64,000 nt of DNA from an uncultured delta proteobacterium (GTDB lineage Bacteria > Myxococcota_A > Polyangia > Palsa-1104): positions 96,001 through 160,000 of the forward strand of contig CAWAWS010000005.1 of NCBI GenBank assembly GCA_963785725.1, written 5' to 3'. This document shows, piece by piece, positions 50,778 through 61,501 of the stretch. The notes below the pieces were generated by a model that searched no databases, was not told the origin of the DNA, and worked only from the letters and a program-made list of their open reading frames with translations. Position 1 is the first letter of the stretch; each line of letters begins with the position of its first letter. Position numbers and translations under genes: made by a program.

Positions 50778-52929
50778 TCACCAATCCTTGTGGTTGACGT
50801 CAGCGGTCGCGGCGCGCTCCCGTCCGGCCGTGGCCATCGGCAGCACGCGCTCGTCGCCGCGCAGCGAGTCGAGCAGCTGGCGCGCATCCCCGCGCGACAG
50901 CCGGCCCGGCGCCGCGGGCTCAGCCGCTTCGCCGTCCGCGTCGGCTCGCTCGCCGTTGGGTCCGCGTGCCGCCGGCTGTCGCGGCTGGCCGAGCGCCGTC
51001 GCGCCCGACGGCGCCTGCCCCATCGGCGGCGAGCTCCCCGCGTTCTCTTGCTGCGCCTGCGCACGCTGCTGCCCGTTCTGTGACTGCCCGCTTTGCGCTT
51101 GCTGCCCGCTCTGCCGATTCCGGGCCTGCTGGTCGTGCCCGGCGGCGTTCGCGCTCGATTGCTCGTGACCGCCTTGCTTCTGCGCCTGCTCTGCGCCTTT
51201 ACCTTGTCCCTGTTGACCTGGCTGCTGCTGCCCGCCCTGGCGCTGCGCCTCTTGCGGCTGCGCCCCGCCCTGCCCGCTCTGATTTTGCGGACCCTTTTGA
51301 TTCTGCGCGCCCTCGGATTGCGCACCCGATTGGCCCTTTTGGCCCTTCCCGCTCTTTTGCGACTTCTTGTCATCATTGCGCGCCTGCTGCTGCTGCTGCT
51401 GCTGCCGCTCGAGCGCCGCCAGCTGACGCTTGACGAGATCGCGATTGAAGACGGCATCGGCATCTTTGCCGTCGAGCGCGATCGCCGACTCGTACGCGCC
51501 GATCGCCCGCTTCCACTGCTCGCGCGTCTGCTCGGGCTTCAGCTGCGCGCTCTTTTGACCGTCGCGATAGAGCGCGTTGCCGAGGTCGTAGTAGGCCTCT
51601 TGCTGCAGCTCCGGCCGATCGGAGTGCAGCGCCCGCTCGAACGCCGTCTGCGCCGCGCCGAAGTCGCCCGCTTTGTACGCCGCGGCGCCGCTGTTGTACT
51701 GCAGCTGCGCGTCGCTCGGTCGCTTGGCGATCGCCCGGTCGTACTCCTTGGCGGCCTCGCGGTAATGCCCGGTGTGATAGGCGCGCTCGGCGTCGGCGGG
51801 CGACGCCTGCGCCAGCCGCGCGCCGCCGACGCAGAGGCCGACCGCCAAGACCGTCGCCCCGCGGCGCGCCAAGCCGGCGAACGCCCGTCCGTGCGGCGGC
51901 GGCTCGGCGGCCCGACGGCTGCCGCGCCGGCGCTCGCGAATCAGCGGCTCGAGCCCCAGACACAACACGGCCAACCCGAGCGGCCACTGGATACTGCTCG
52001 AGCGGCACGCGGCGCATCCGCGATGCCAGCGCCGCTTGCGGCAGACGCGCCAGCACGTCCGCATACAGCGCGTCGAGCCCGCGACCGTCGGCGCCGAGCC
52101 GGCGATAGTCGCCGCCGCTGACGCGCGCCATCGTCTGCAGCGTCCGCTCGTCGAGCCGCGAGCGCACGAACGCGCCCGCCGGATCGCGCACGAAGCGGCC
52201 GTCGCGACCGTCGCCGACGGGGATGAGCTCGCCCGTGGCCGTTCCCACGCCGACGGTATAGATGCGCACGCCGGCGGCGGCCGCCTGCTTCGCGGCGTCG
52301 ACGGCGTGCGCCTCCAGATCTTCCCCGTCGGTCAGAAACACCAGGATCTTCTGATTGGCGGGCTCGTTCTTCAGGGCCGCGCGCGCGACGTCGATGGCGC
52401 GGCCGACATCGGTCCCGCCGCGCGCGATGAGCGACGTATCGACCGCGTCGAGCGTCTGCGCGAACATGTCGCGGTCGAGCGTCAGCGGACACTGCAAGAA
52501 CGCGTCGCCGGCGAAGGCGACGAGCCCGACGCGGTTGCCCTCGAACTTGCCGACCAGATCGGCGACCGCCAGCTTGGCGCGCGTCAGCCGATCGGGCTTG
52601 AGGTCGGGCGCGCGCATGCTCTTCGACGTGTCGATGGCGAACAAGAGGTCGATGCCGCGTCGCTGCGTCTCCTCCCAGCGATAGCCGCGCTGTGGCCGCG
52701 CCAGCGCCACGCAGGCGGCGAGCAGCCCCAGCATCAAGAGCGCGCGCTTGGCCAGCCGCCGCGGCCGCGACAGCGACGACAGCGCGCCGGCGCGACGGGC
52801 GCCGAACGAGGCCAGGGCGCGCCGTCGCTGGCGGTCGGCGCGCAGGCCGAGCACGAGCAGCAGCGCCGCCGCCAAGAGCCCCACCAACAGCCACAGCGGC
52901 CGCGCGAACGTGAGCGAATGGAAGGTCAT
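50778..52929 (-). CDS. BatB-BatC-like vWA + TPR fusion (frameshift near 51990)
   Basis: MIDAS DTSKSM, P.RL.RAK, LTDGED. After the shift: QWPL, TPRs (YNSG.AAYK, YDLGNALY), Gln-rich linker, KDW end. Confidence 0.8.
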
Positions 52930-53925
52930 GGGATCCTCTTGAAGCGAGTGAGGCCGAGCGCCATTTCGCCGGCCAACAGCAACAGCGCCGGATAGAGCAG
53001 CCAGGCGAAGCGCTCTTCGTGATGCTCGTACTTCTTGAGCTTGCGCGTGGTCTTCTCGAGCTTGTCGATGGCGCCGTAGATGCGTTCGAGCGAGTCGGCG
53101 TCGGTCGCGCGGTAGAAGGCCGCGCCGGTGGTGGCGGCGATCTTCTGCAGCGTGGCTTCGTCGACGTCGACCTTGGTCATCACCATGCGCGTACGGCCGC
53201 GCTCGTCGGTGATCGGCATCGGCGCCTCGCCTTTGCCGCCGACGCCGATGGTGTAGACCTTGACGCCGAGCGCCCGCGCCGCTTCGGCCGCCAGCTGCGG
53301 CTGCACCTGTCCGGCGTTGTTCTGCCCGTCGGTGAGCAAGACGACCAGCTGCGACTTCGACGGCTGACCGCGCAGCCGATTGACGCTCGCCGCCAGCGCC
53401 GAGCCGATGGCGGTGCCGTCTTGAATCATCCCCGGCTGCAGCCGCTGCAGGTTCTGCAAGAGCCAGTCGTGATCGAGCGTCAGCGGGCTCACCAGATAGG
53501 GCTCGCCGGCGAAGGCCACCAGCGCGATGCGATCGTTGGGCCGGCTGCGAATGAACTTCGCCACCACCGATTTGACGACGTCGAGCCGGCTGCGCGCCTG
53601 GTCGCCTTCGGCCAGGTCGAGCGCCTGCATCGAGCCCGAGACGTCGACCGCGAGCACGAGGTCGACGCCGCTCGCCTCCACCTCCGTCGCCGCGTGGCCG
53701 AGCTGCGGCCGCGCCAAGGCGACGATGAGGAGCGCCACGCCGAGCCAGCGCGCGAGGTGCAGCACGCGGCCCCAGCGACTGCGCGTCGCGCGCGCGACGG
53801 CTCGGGCCGGCTCGATGCTGGAGTAGACGACGGCCGGCTGCGCACCGGTGCGACCGAGCCACCAGCCAAAGCGGCGGCAAGAGCGCCAAGAGCCACAGCA
53901 GCTGCGGATTGTGCAGCGTGATCAT
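52926..53925 (-). CDS. batA: BatA-like vWA protein (frameshift near 53865)
   Basis: ALARPQ, DVSGSM, SPLTLD, GTAIG, LLTDGQNNAG, IDKLEK. Confidence 0.85.
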
Positions 53926-54554
53926 GACGACGCCCTCCTTGATGACGCGCCGCCGCCGTCGGCGGGCTGCGCGGTGGTCAGGACGAACTGCCGCGCCAGC
54001 GCGCTGAGCGCGTGCATGCCGCCGAGCGGCAGCTCGAGTCGCGCGAACTTCGCCAGGTCGCAGGCCGAGAGGAGCTGCGCCAGCGGCCGGCGATGCTCAC
54101 CGAGCGGCGAGCCCGACTGCGCGACGAGCTGCTGCAGGAACTCGTCGGTGGTCGCGTGCGTCGCCAAGAGGCCGAAGCGCGCCTCGATGTAGTCGCGCAC
54201 GGCATCGGACGCCGCCGCCGCGTAGGCCGCGGCGTCGCCGGCTTCGGCCAGCTGCTCGGCTTCGGCCAGCCGCGCCAGCGCGCGCTCGTCGGCGGTCGGC
54301 GGCCGCGCTCGCCGTCGCCGCGCGATCGCGGCGAGCGTGAGCCCGACGGCCGCGCAGGCGACGACGGCGCCGCCGAGCGCGACCCAGCGCCACGGATTGG
54401 CGATGGCGATCGGGCCGCGAATGTCGCGAATGTCCTCGGCCGGCGCCGCGTGCGCAGCGGCCGGCGGCACCGCCGGCGCCGCCAGCAACGCCGCCGAAGA
54501 GAGCGAGAGCGCCGCCGCCAACAGCGCCGTACACAACAGCCGTGACCGACTCAT
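53922..54554 (-). CDS. DUF4381-like Bat-operon membrane protein
   Basis: DIRDIRGPI + TM, RDYIE.RF, TT.EFL, CDLAKFA. Confidence 0.75.
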   Translation of the reverse strand: MSRSRLLCTALLAAALSLSSAALLAAPAVPPAAAHAAPAEDIRDIRGPIAIANPWRWVALGGAVVACAAVGLTLAAIARRRRARPPTADERALARLAEAEQLAEAGDAAAYAAAASDAVRDYIEARFGLLATHATTDEFLQQLVAQSGSPLGEHRRPLAQLLSACDLAKFARLELPLGGMHALSALARQFVLTTAQPADGGGASSRRASS

Positions 54555-55472
54555 CGCCGCCTCCTGCCGCGGGCGCGAAAGAGCTGGACCAGCGCCGGCA
54601 AATAGGGGACCGACGTGTCGATGGGGACGCTGTCGATCGACTCTTGCCGCAGCGTGTGCTCGAGCTCGGCTTCGCGCGCGGCCGTTCGCGCGGCGAACTC
54701 GGCGAGCACGCGCGGCGAGCCGGTGTCGATCTCGATCAGCTCGCCGGTCTCGGCGTCCTCGACGGTCAAGAGCCCGACGTCGGGCAGCTCGCGCTCGCGC
54801 GGATCGGTCACGCGCAGCGCCACGACGTCGTGGCGGCGGCGCGCCATGCGCAAAGCCCGCCGCAGCTTCGCCGTCGCCGCCGCCGGATCGCCCGCGCTCT
54901 GGAAGTCGGAGAGGACGAAGACCATGGCCCGCCGCCGCGTCACGGCGTCGATGAGCGCGAGCGCGCGGGCGACGTCGGTGCCGCGCTGTTCCGGCCGGCA
55001 GCTCAGGACCTCGCGCACCAGCCGGAGCACGTGCTGACGCCCTTTGCGCGGCGGCACGAACGTCTCGACCTGATCCGAGAACAAGCACGCAGCCCGACGC
55101 GATCGCTGTTGCGCACCGCCGACAGCGCCAGCACGCAGGCGATCTCGGCCTCGATCTCGCGCTTGGTGCGTCCGGCCGAGCCGAAGTCGCCCGAGGCGCT
55201 GACGTCGACCGCGAGCAGGATCGTGAGCTCGCGCTCTTCGCGGTACTTCTTGACGAAGGGATGGCCGGCGCGCGCGGTGACGTTCCAGTCGATGGTGCGC
55301 ACCTCGTCGCCGGGCACGTATTCGCGCACCTCGTCGAAGTCCATGCCGCGACCGCGAAACACCGAGTGGAAGCGGCCGGCGAAGGCGTCGTTGGCGAGCC
55401 GGCGCGTGCGAATGTCGATGCGCCGCACCTGTTTCAGGATCTCTTTGAGGTCGGTTTCCATGGGCCGCTCCA

Positions 55473-55473
<1 letters not shown>
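54551..55473 (-). CDS. DUF58 protein (frameshift near 55085)
   Basis: FRGRGMDFDEVREY.PGD..R.IDWNVTAR, DVSAS, SDF. Confidence 0.88.
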
Positions 55474-56550
<1,077 letters not shown>

Positions 56551-57011
56551 GGCTTCTCTCTCCTGTAGTGGCTGGGTCATGGAGGAGAAGATGGCGGACC
56601 GACCCATGCGGCCGCCTGTCCGGAACATTACAGGCGTGAAAGGTCGGACGAAGGCGGCGTTTCAGCCGCGCGGCGCCCGCACGTCGTGATCGACGCCCAA
56701 GAACGGCGCCGGCCGCGTTGTGGCCGACCGAAACGGCGCCATCCAGTGCGCGTTGAAGTAGCCCTTGGGCTCGACGCCGTAGCTCTTCATGAATGCGTGA
56801 AAGACCGATGCTGCGGCTCGCCTTGGCGATGCTGACGATTCGAGCCGGAACTGCGGCGGTGTTCGAAAGATTCCTGAGGTCGCGCCGAAAGTCGACGCGC
56901 GCGGCCTCGGATTGCGCGAGGTCACATGATCGATCGGCGTGACGTTGAGCGCGAACGAACCGCGAAGGGCGTGGCGCTTAGCGAAGCAAGTCGAACGCGA
57001 CGCTCAGGAGA

Positions 57012-58490
57012 CTACGGTCCCGGATAGGGCCACGCCGTGCCGTAGAGCTGCTTGTAATTGGCGAGCGCGTCTTTGACGTACGACAGGCCGGCACCGCTCA
57101 AGGTGCACGACTTGGTCGCATCTCCCGTCAGCCAGAAGGCGAGCGAGAGATACCATTGCTGGTAGACCGAGCAGCCCGTGGCGCCGGCGTTCGCGTCGAG
57201 GAAGTTATATTTCCACGTGTAGCTGATGTAGAGGTAGATCTGATACGCGGGGTTGAAGACGGACGTCGCGTAGAGTGGGCTCGTGGTGTCCTGCCACGCG
57301 TTGATATAGCCCTTGACCTGCTTGCCCTCGAGATCGGTCACGCCGTTCGAGGTCGCGCTCTCGCAGTAAAAGCGGTTCACGCCCGCGGCGAATGGGATGT
57401 TGTCGACCGTGGTCGTGCCCGTGCAAGTGACGCCGGGCGGCAGGGTCGGCGTCAAGAACGTGCCCTCGCACGCCGGCGTCGACTGGAAGAGGCCATAGCT
57501 GTGCGAGTAGTCGACGGTGCCGGTGATCGGATCCTTCGCCGACGAGCCGCACGGCCCCGGCGGATCGTCGCCCGAGGAGGCGCCGGCGCTGATCGCCCAA
57601 GGTCCGCAGTTCTGGCCGCCGCACGGACCGTCGTCGGTGGAGATCGAAGGCGTGATGCCGCTCTCGTTCACGGCCTGCGCCTTGAGCAGCTGCGCCATCC
57701 AGGTCTCGGTCAGGCCCGCCTGCTGGCACGCGGCGAGGATGCAGCCGTCGTACAGATCGAGGTCTTTGTTTCCGGTCGCGATCGGATCGTTGGCGGGCGG
57801 CGCGCAGTTGGCCACGCAGCCGGCGTCCTTGCTGCAATTGCCGAACAGGCCGCCCGACGAGGTGCCGCCACCGGCGCTGCCGCCGCCGCCCGCGGTGCCG
57901 CCGCCACCGGCCGTGCCGCCGCCGCCGGCGGTGCCGCCACCGCCGGCGCTCCCGCCGCCACCGAGCGCACCCGCGCTCAGCTGCCACTGCTGCGCGTTCG
58001 TGCCGTTGCACGTGTAGAGCTGCACAGCGGCGCCGCTGGCGTTGCTGGCCGAAGCCACGTCGAGACACTTGTTGCTGCTCGGATTGCGCAGCTGCCAATA
58101 GCCGGCCGTCTCGTCCTCGGCCACCCACGTCTGCGCGGCGCTGCTGCTGCAGGTGTACGTCTCGATCTTGCTGCCGTTGGCCGTGCCGACGGCATCGACG
58201 CACTTGCCGCTGTGCGAGTTGACGATGTGCACGCCGCCCGCGATCGGCTCGAGCAGGAACGACTGCGCGCCCAAGCCGTTGCACGTCGCCTGCTGGATCT
58301 TGGTGCCGTCGGCGGTGCCGGCGTTGACGGCGTCGAGGCACTTGCCGCTGCCCTGCCGCACGATGGGACCGCCGCTGGTCACGGCGTCGGGCGGGCCGCT
58401 GCCTTCGGCATCGACGGAGCCGCCGCTGCAGCCGGCGATCGCCAGCGCGGCGGTGAAAAACAATGTAGCAGAGCTGAGCTTCTGGACCAT
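57012..58490 (-). CDS. Lipoprotein: ricin-B lectin domain + Gly-rich linker + lysozyme/SLT-like domain
   Basis: IAGC lipobox; three SGKCLD...C...QxW/F ricin repeats; C-terminal LKAQAVNESG...SYGLFQ...FNPAYQI. Confidence 0.7.
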   Translation of the reverse strand: MVQKLSSATLFFTAALAIAGCSGGSVDAEGSGPPDAVTSGGPIVRQGSGKCLDAVNAGTADGTKIQQATCNGLGAQSFLLEPIAGGVHIVNSHSGKCVDAVGTANGSKIETYTCSSSAAQTWVAEDETAGYWQLRNPSSNKCLDVASASNASGAAVQLYTCNGTNAQQWQLSAGALGGGGSAGGGGTAGGGGTAGGGGTAGGGGSAGGGTSSGGLFGNCSKDAGCVANCAPPANDPIATGNKDLDLYDGCILAACQQAGLTETWMAQLLKAQAVNESGITPSISTDDGPCGGQNCGPWAISAGASSGDDPPGPCGSSAKDPITGTVDYSHSYGLFQSTPACEGTFLTPTLPPGVTCTGTTTVDNIPFAAGVNRFYCESATSNGVTDLEGKQVKGYINAWQDTTSPLYATSVFNPAYQIYLYISYTWKYNFLDANAGATGCSVYQQWYLSLAFWLTGDATKSCTLSGAGLSYVKDALANYKQLYGTAWPYPGP

Positions 58491-58785
58491 GTCCTGCTCC
58501 TTTCCCAGAGCACGACCGGCAACACCCCGCCGCCCGCGCATGCTTGCAACCGTGCGCTGGCCCTGCGAAAATGGGTCCAACTTCACGAGCGACGCAAACC
58601 ACCGCGGTTCCGTCTCCTATTGGAGTCACACCGTCTCCGCTAGTTGGAATGGGTGATGGAGCGAACCCCCAACTGTCCACTCCGGCTTTCCGCTCCGCCG
58701 GCCGTCGTGCGATCGGCGTCACGCTCGGTTTTCCGCGAATGATCACGGCTGTGGGCAGCTCGTGACGGAAAAGTGCAGCGGCCCG

Positions 58786-58812
58786 TGTCGATCTCGGATG
58801 GGCCCGATCGTC
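58786..58812 (+). promoter_or_regulatory. ECF42-like promoter
   Basis: TGTCGA-N17-CGTC upstream of a DGPF/YCII gene relic. Confidence 0.5.
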
Positions 58813-58857
58813 GCGTCGTGGCAGCAGGGATTTTCCACCCGAGACAGGAGCATCGCG

Positions 58858-59157
58858 ATGCGACTCATGGTGATCGTCAAGGCCACCAAAGAGCTCGAGC
58901 CGGACGCGCCCGCCGATACCAAGATGCTGGCGGAGATGGGCCGTTAGTCGCTGGCGGAGTGCATCGAGTGGGTCAAGCGCGCGCCCAACCCCGATGCGAC
59001 AGGCGCCGACCACGAGCTCGAGATCCGCCAAGTGCACGAGCTCGACGACATCCCGCAGCTCCCGCTGCAAGCCGAACCATTCGTAGCGCGCGCGTCGAAT
59101 GGCCGCGTGCCGTCGCGTACGACGGCTCCGACCGTCGTTCCGCTGCTCGCAGGATGA
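58858..59157 (+). pseudogene. YCII/DGPF-family pseudogene (internal deletion + in-frame TAG)
   Basis: MRLMVIVKATKE...LAEMGR*SLAECIEWVKRAPNP...ELEIRQV; the central DGPF segment is missing. Confidence 0.75.
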
Positions 59158-59367
59158 TACGACCGCCACATGGCAGCTCGGCGCGACTGATCGATCTCGC
59201 GAGCCTGCGACAAGTTGCTGCAGCTGGAATGCGACGGTCGTCGTCATCGACGGAGCCCTCGTAAAATGCGGCCGGTCGGACGACAGCGCAGGCGCTGCCG
59301 AGGTGTTGCACGGCCCATCTGCGCGTGTTAACCGTCTTGGCGGCTGGCGCTGTCGACCCATGTCCTC

Positions 59368-61422
59368 TTGCTCCACGGTGCTCCTCTGACCAAGAACGCT
59401 GCGGGTTCCACTGCGCTGACGTATCGTCCAGACGTCGACGGATTGCGCGCCGTCGCCGTCCTTGCCGTCATCCTCTTCCACGCCTTTCCCAGCCTCGCCC
59501 CGGGCGGATTCGTGGGCGTCGACATCTTCTTCGTCATCTCCGGCTTCCTCATCACCGGGATCCTGGCGGCGGAGATTCGGGCCGGACAGTTCCGCATCGC
59601 CACCTTCTATGCGCGACGCGTGCGCCGCATCTTCCCGGCGCTGATCGTCGTCCTCGCGTTCACCTTCGCCGTCGGCTGGCTGCTGCTGTTTCCCGAGGAG
59701 CTCAAGGCGCTCGGCCGCGATATCGCCGCCAGCGCCGGCTTCGTCGGCAATCTCTCGCTGTGGAGCGAGACCGGCTACTTCGACCGCGCGGCCGAGACCA
59801 AGCCGCTGCTTCACTTGTGGTCGCTCGGCGTCGAGGAGCAGTTCTACATCGTCTGGCCGTTGGTGCTGGCGCTGGTGTTGCGCAGCCACGCGCGGCTGCG
59901 CGTGGTGGCGGCGACGCTGCTCGTCGCCTCGTTCGTCGCCAACGTCGTGCTCATCGGGCCGCACCCGGCGGCCGCCTTCTTTTCGCCGTTCACGCGCTTC
60001 TGGCAGCTCATGGCGGGCGCGCTCTTGGCGCTGCGCGGGCCGGCGGCGACGGACGTCTCGCTGCGCGCGCGCCACGCCCTGTCGCTGGCCGGCACCGCGC
60101 TCTGCGTCGGCTCGATGCTGCTCTTGAGCGACCAGGTCCGCTATCCCGGCTGGTGGGCGCTGCCGCCGACGCTGGGCGCGTGTCTGCTGCTGGCGGCGGG
60201 GCCGAGCGGCATCGTCAATCGGACGGTGCTGTCGCATCCGGCCGCGGTGTGGCTCGGCAAGATCAGCTATCCGCTCTACCTGTGGCACTGGCCGCTGTTG
60301 ACGTTCGACCGCATCCTCGTCGGCAGCGCGCTCACCTTGACCGCGCGCGCGGCGCTCATGCTGCTGAGCGTGCTTCTGGCCTGGCTCACCTACGTCATCA
60401 TCGAGACGCCGGTGCGACATCGCGTCTGGCGGGCCACCAGCACGGCGCTGACGTGCGGCCTCCTCGTCGCGCTCGGCCTCGACGGCGCCGTCGTCTACGC
60501 GCTCGACCTCGAAGGCGTGGGCAAGCCGTACAGCGCCGAGGCCGACGCCAGCACGGCGGTGTTCGGCGCCGGCAAGGTCTTCACCAGCCAGCAATGCGGC
60601 CTGTCGGCGGCCGAGCGCGGGCTGGTCCTGTGCATCGCCGACACGCGCGAGCCGCCGGTCTTCGCCATGGTCGGCGACAGCAAGGCGGGCGCGCTCATCT
60701 GGGGCACCTACCGCGAATCGACGCCGGGGCGGCGCTGGGAGCTGCTCGAGCATGCGGCCTGCGCGCCGACGACCGGCACCGTGCGCGTGTCGAGCTATGC
60801 CGCCGACAATCCGCAGGACTGCACCGACGCCAATCGCCTGGCGCTGCGCACGGTCATCGCCGACCCGCACATCGCGCTGGTGGCGCTGGTCACCGCGCGC
60901 CGCATCCTCATCGGGCCCGACTACGCCAAGGAGGGCTCGCGCGTTCCCTACGCCGACGGCGCGCTCGACGGGCTCGACGGCACCGTCAGCCTGCTGACGC
61001 GCGCGGGGAAGAAGGTGGCGCTGGTGCTCGACAACCCGACGCTGCCGGATCCGTCGACGTGCCTGCAGCGCAACGTCACGCAGTACGGCGTCGTCCGCGC
61101 GCTGGCCGAGCTCAGCGGCAGCCGGCCGCGCTGCACCATCACGTACGCCGAGTACCTCGAGAGCGCCAAGGACTACCTGGCGCTCGTCGGCAAGCTCCGC
61201 GCGCGCCACCCCGAGCTCATCGTGTACGACCCGACCTCGTTCTTCTGCGACATCGACAAGGGCGTCTGTCCGATCAGCAAGGACGGCAGCTTCCTCTACA
61301 GCGTCACCGACCATATGTCGGACTTCGCCAACGGCGCCATCGCCAAGCAGCTCTTACCGATGCTCGACGCCGCCATCTCGGCGCACGCGGACGGGGTCGG
61401 GCAGCTGCCCGCCACACCGTAG
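59368..61422 (+). CDS. Acyltransferase-3 + SGNH O-acyltransferase (OafA-like); start may be slightly downstream
   Basis: YRPDVDGLRAVAV, GVDIFFVISGFLIT, HLWSLGVEEQFY, SYPLYLWHWP, GDS, D-H. Confidence 0.92.
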   Translation: MLHGAPLTKNAAGSTALTYRPDVDGLRAVAVLAVILFHAFPSLAPGGFVGVDIFFVISGFLITGILAAEIRAGQFRIATFYARRVRRIFPALIVVLAFTFAVGWLLLFPEELKALGRDIAASAGFVGNLSLWSETGYFDRAAETKPLLHLWSLGVEEQFYIVWPLVLALVLRSHARLRVVAATLLVASFVANVVLIGPHPAAAFFSPFTRFWQLMAGALLALRGPAATDVSLRARHALSLAGTALCVGSMLLLSDQVRYPGWWALPPTLGACLLLAAGPSGIVNRTVLSHPAAVWLGKISYPLYLWHWPLLTFDRILVGSALTLTARAALMLLSVLLAWLTYVIIETPVRHRVWRATSTALTCGLLVALGLDGAVVYALDLEGVGKPYSAEADASTAVFGAGKVFTSQQCGLSAAERGLVLCIADTREPPVFAMVGDSKAGALIWGTYRESTPGRRWELLEHAACAPTTGTVRVSSYAADNPQDCTDANRLALRTVIADPHIALVALVTARRILIGPDYAKEGSRVPYADGALDGLDGTVSLLTRAGKKVALVLDNPTLPDPSTCLQRNVTQYGVVRALAELSGSRPRCTITYAEYLESAKDYLALVGKLRARHPELIVYDPTSFFCDIDKGVCPISKDGSFLYSVTDHMSDFANGAIAKQLLPMLDAAISAHADGVGQLPATP

Positions 61423-61501
61423 CAGCCGCTTCGTACGTCCAGCTCGTTCCGTCTACCAACGCATTCGTTCTCACCGTTCGCGCGATCGAGCCGGCGTGGT
61501 C

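Noticed and set aside
51000..51420. CAG/Gln-rich tract
   Set aside because: Usual low-complexity linker of BatC-like proteins.
56662..56925. Short minus-strand ORF containing FMKSYGVEPKGYFNAHW
   Set aside because: Possibly a gene fragment, but no family was recognised and there is no good start.
58945..58947. In-frame TAG as pyrrolysine or read-through
   Set aside because: It coincides with a deletion junction that removes the family core.
57205..61314. 1369-aa minus-strand ORF, and similar long ORFs at 5683..8052, 11874..14402, 40431..42608 and 48963..51083
   Set aside because: Antisense or off-frame shadows of well-supported genes, expected in high-GC DNA; no motifs.
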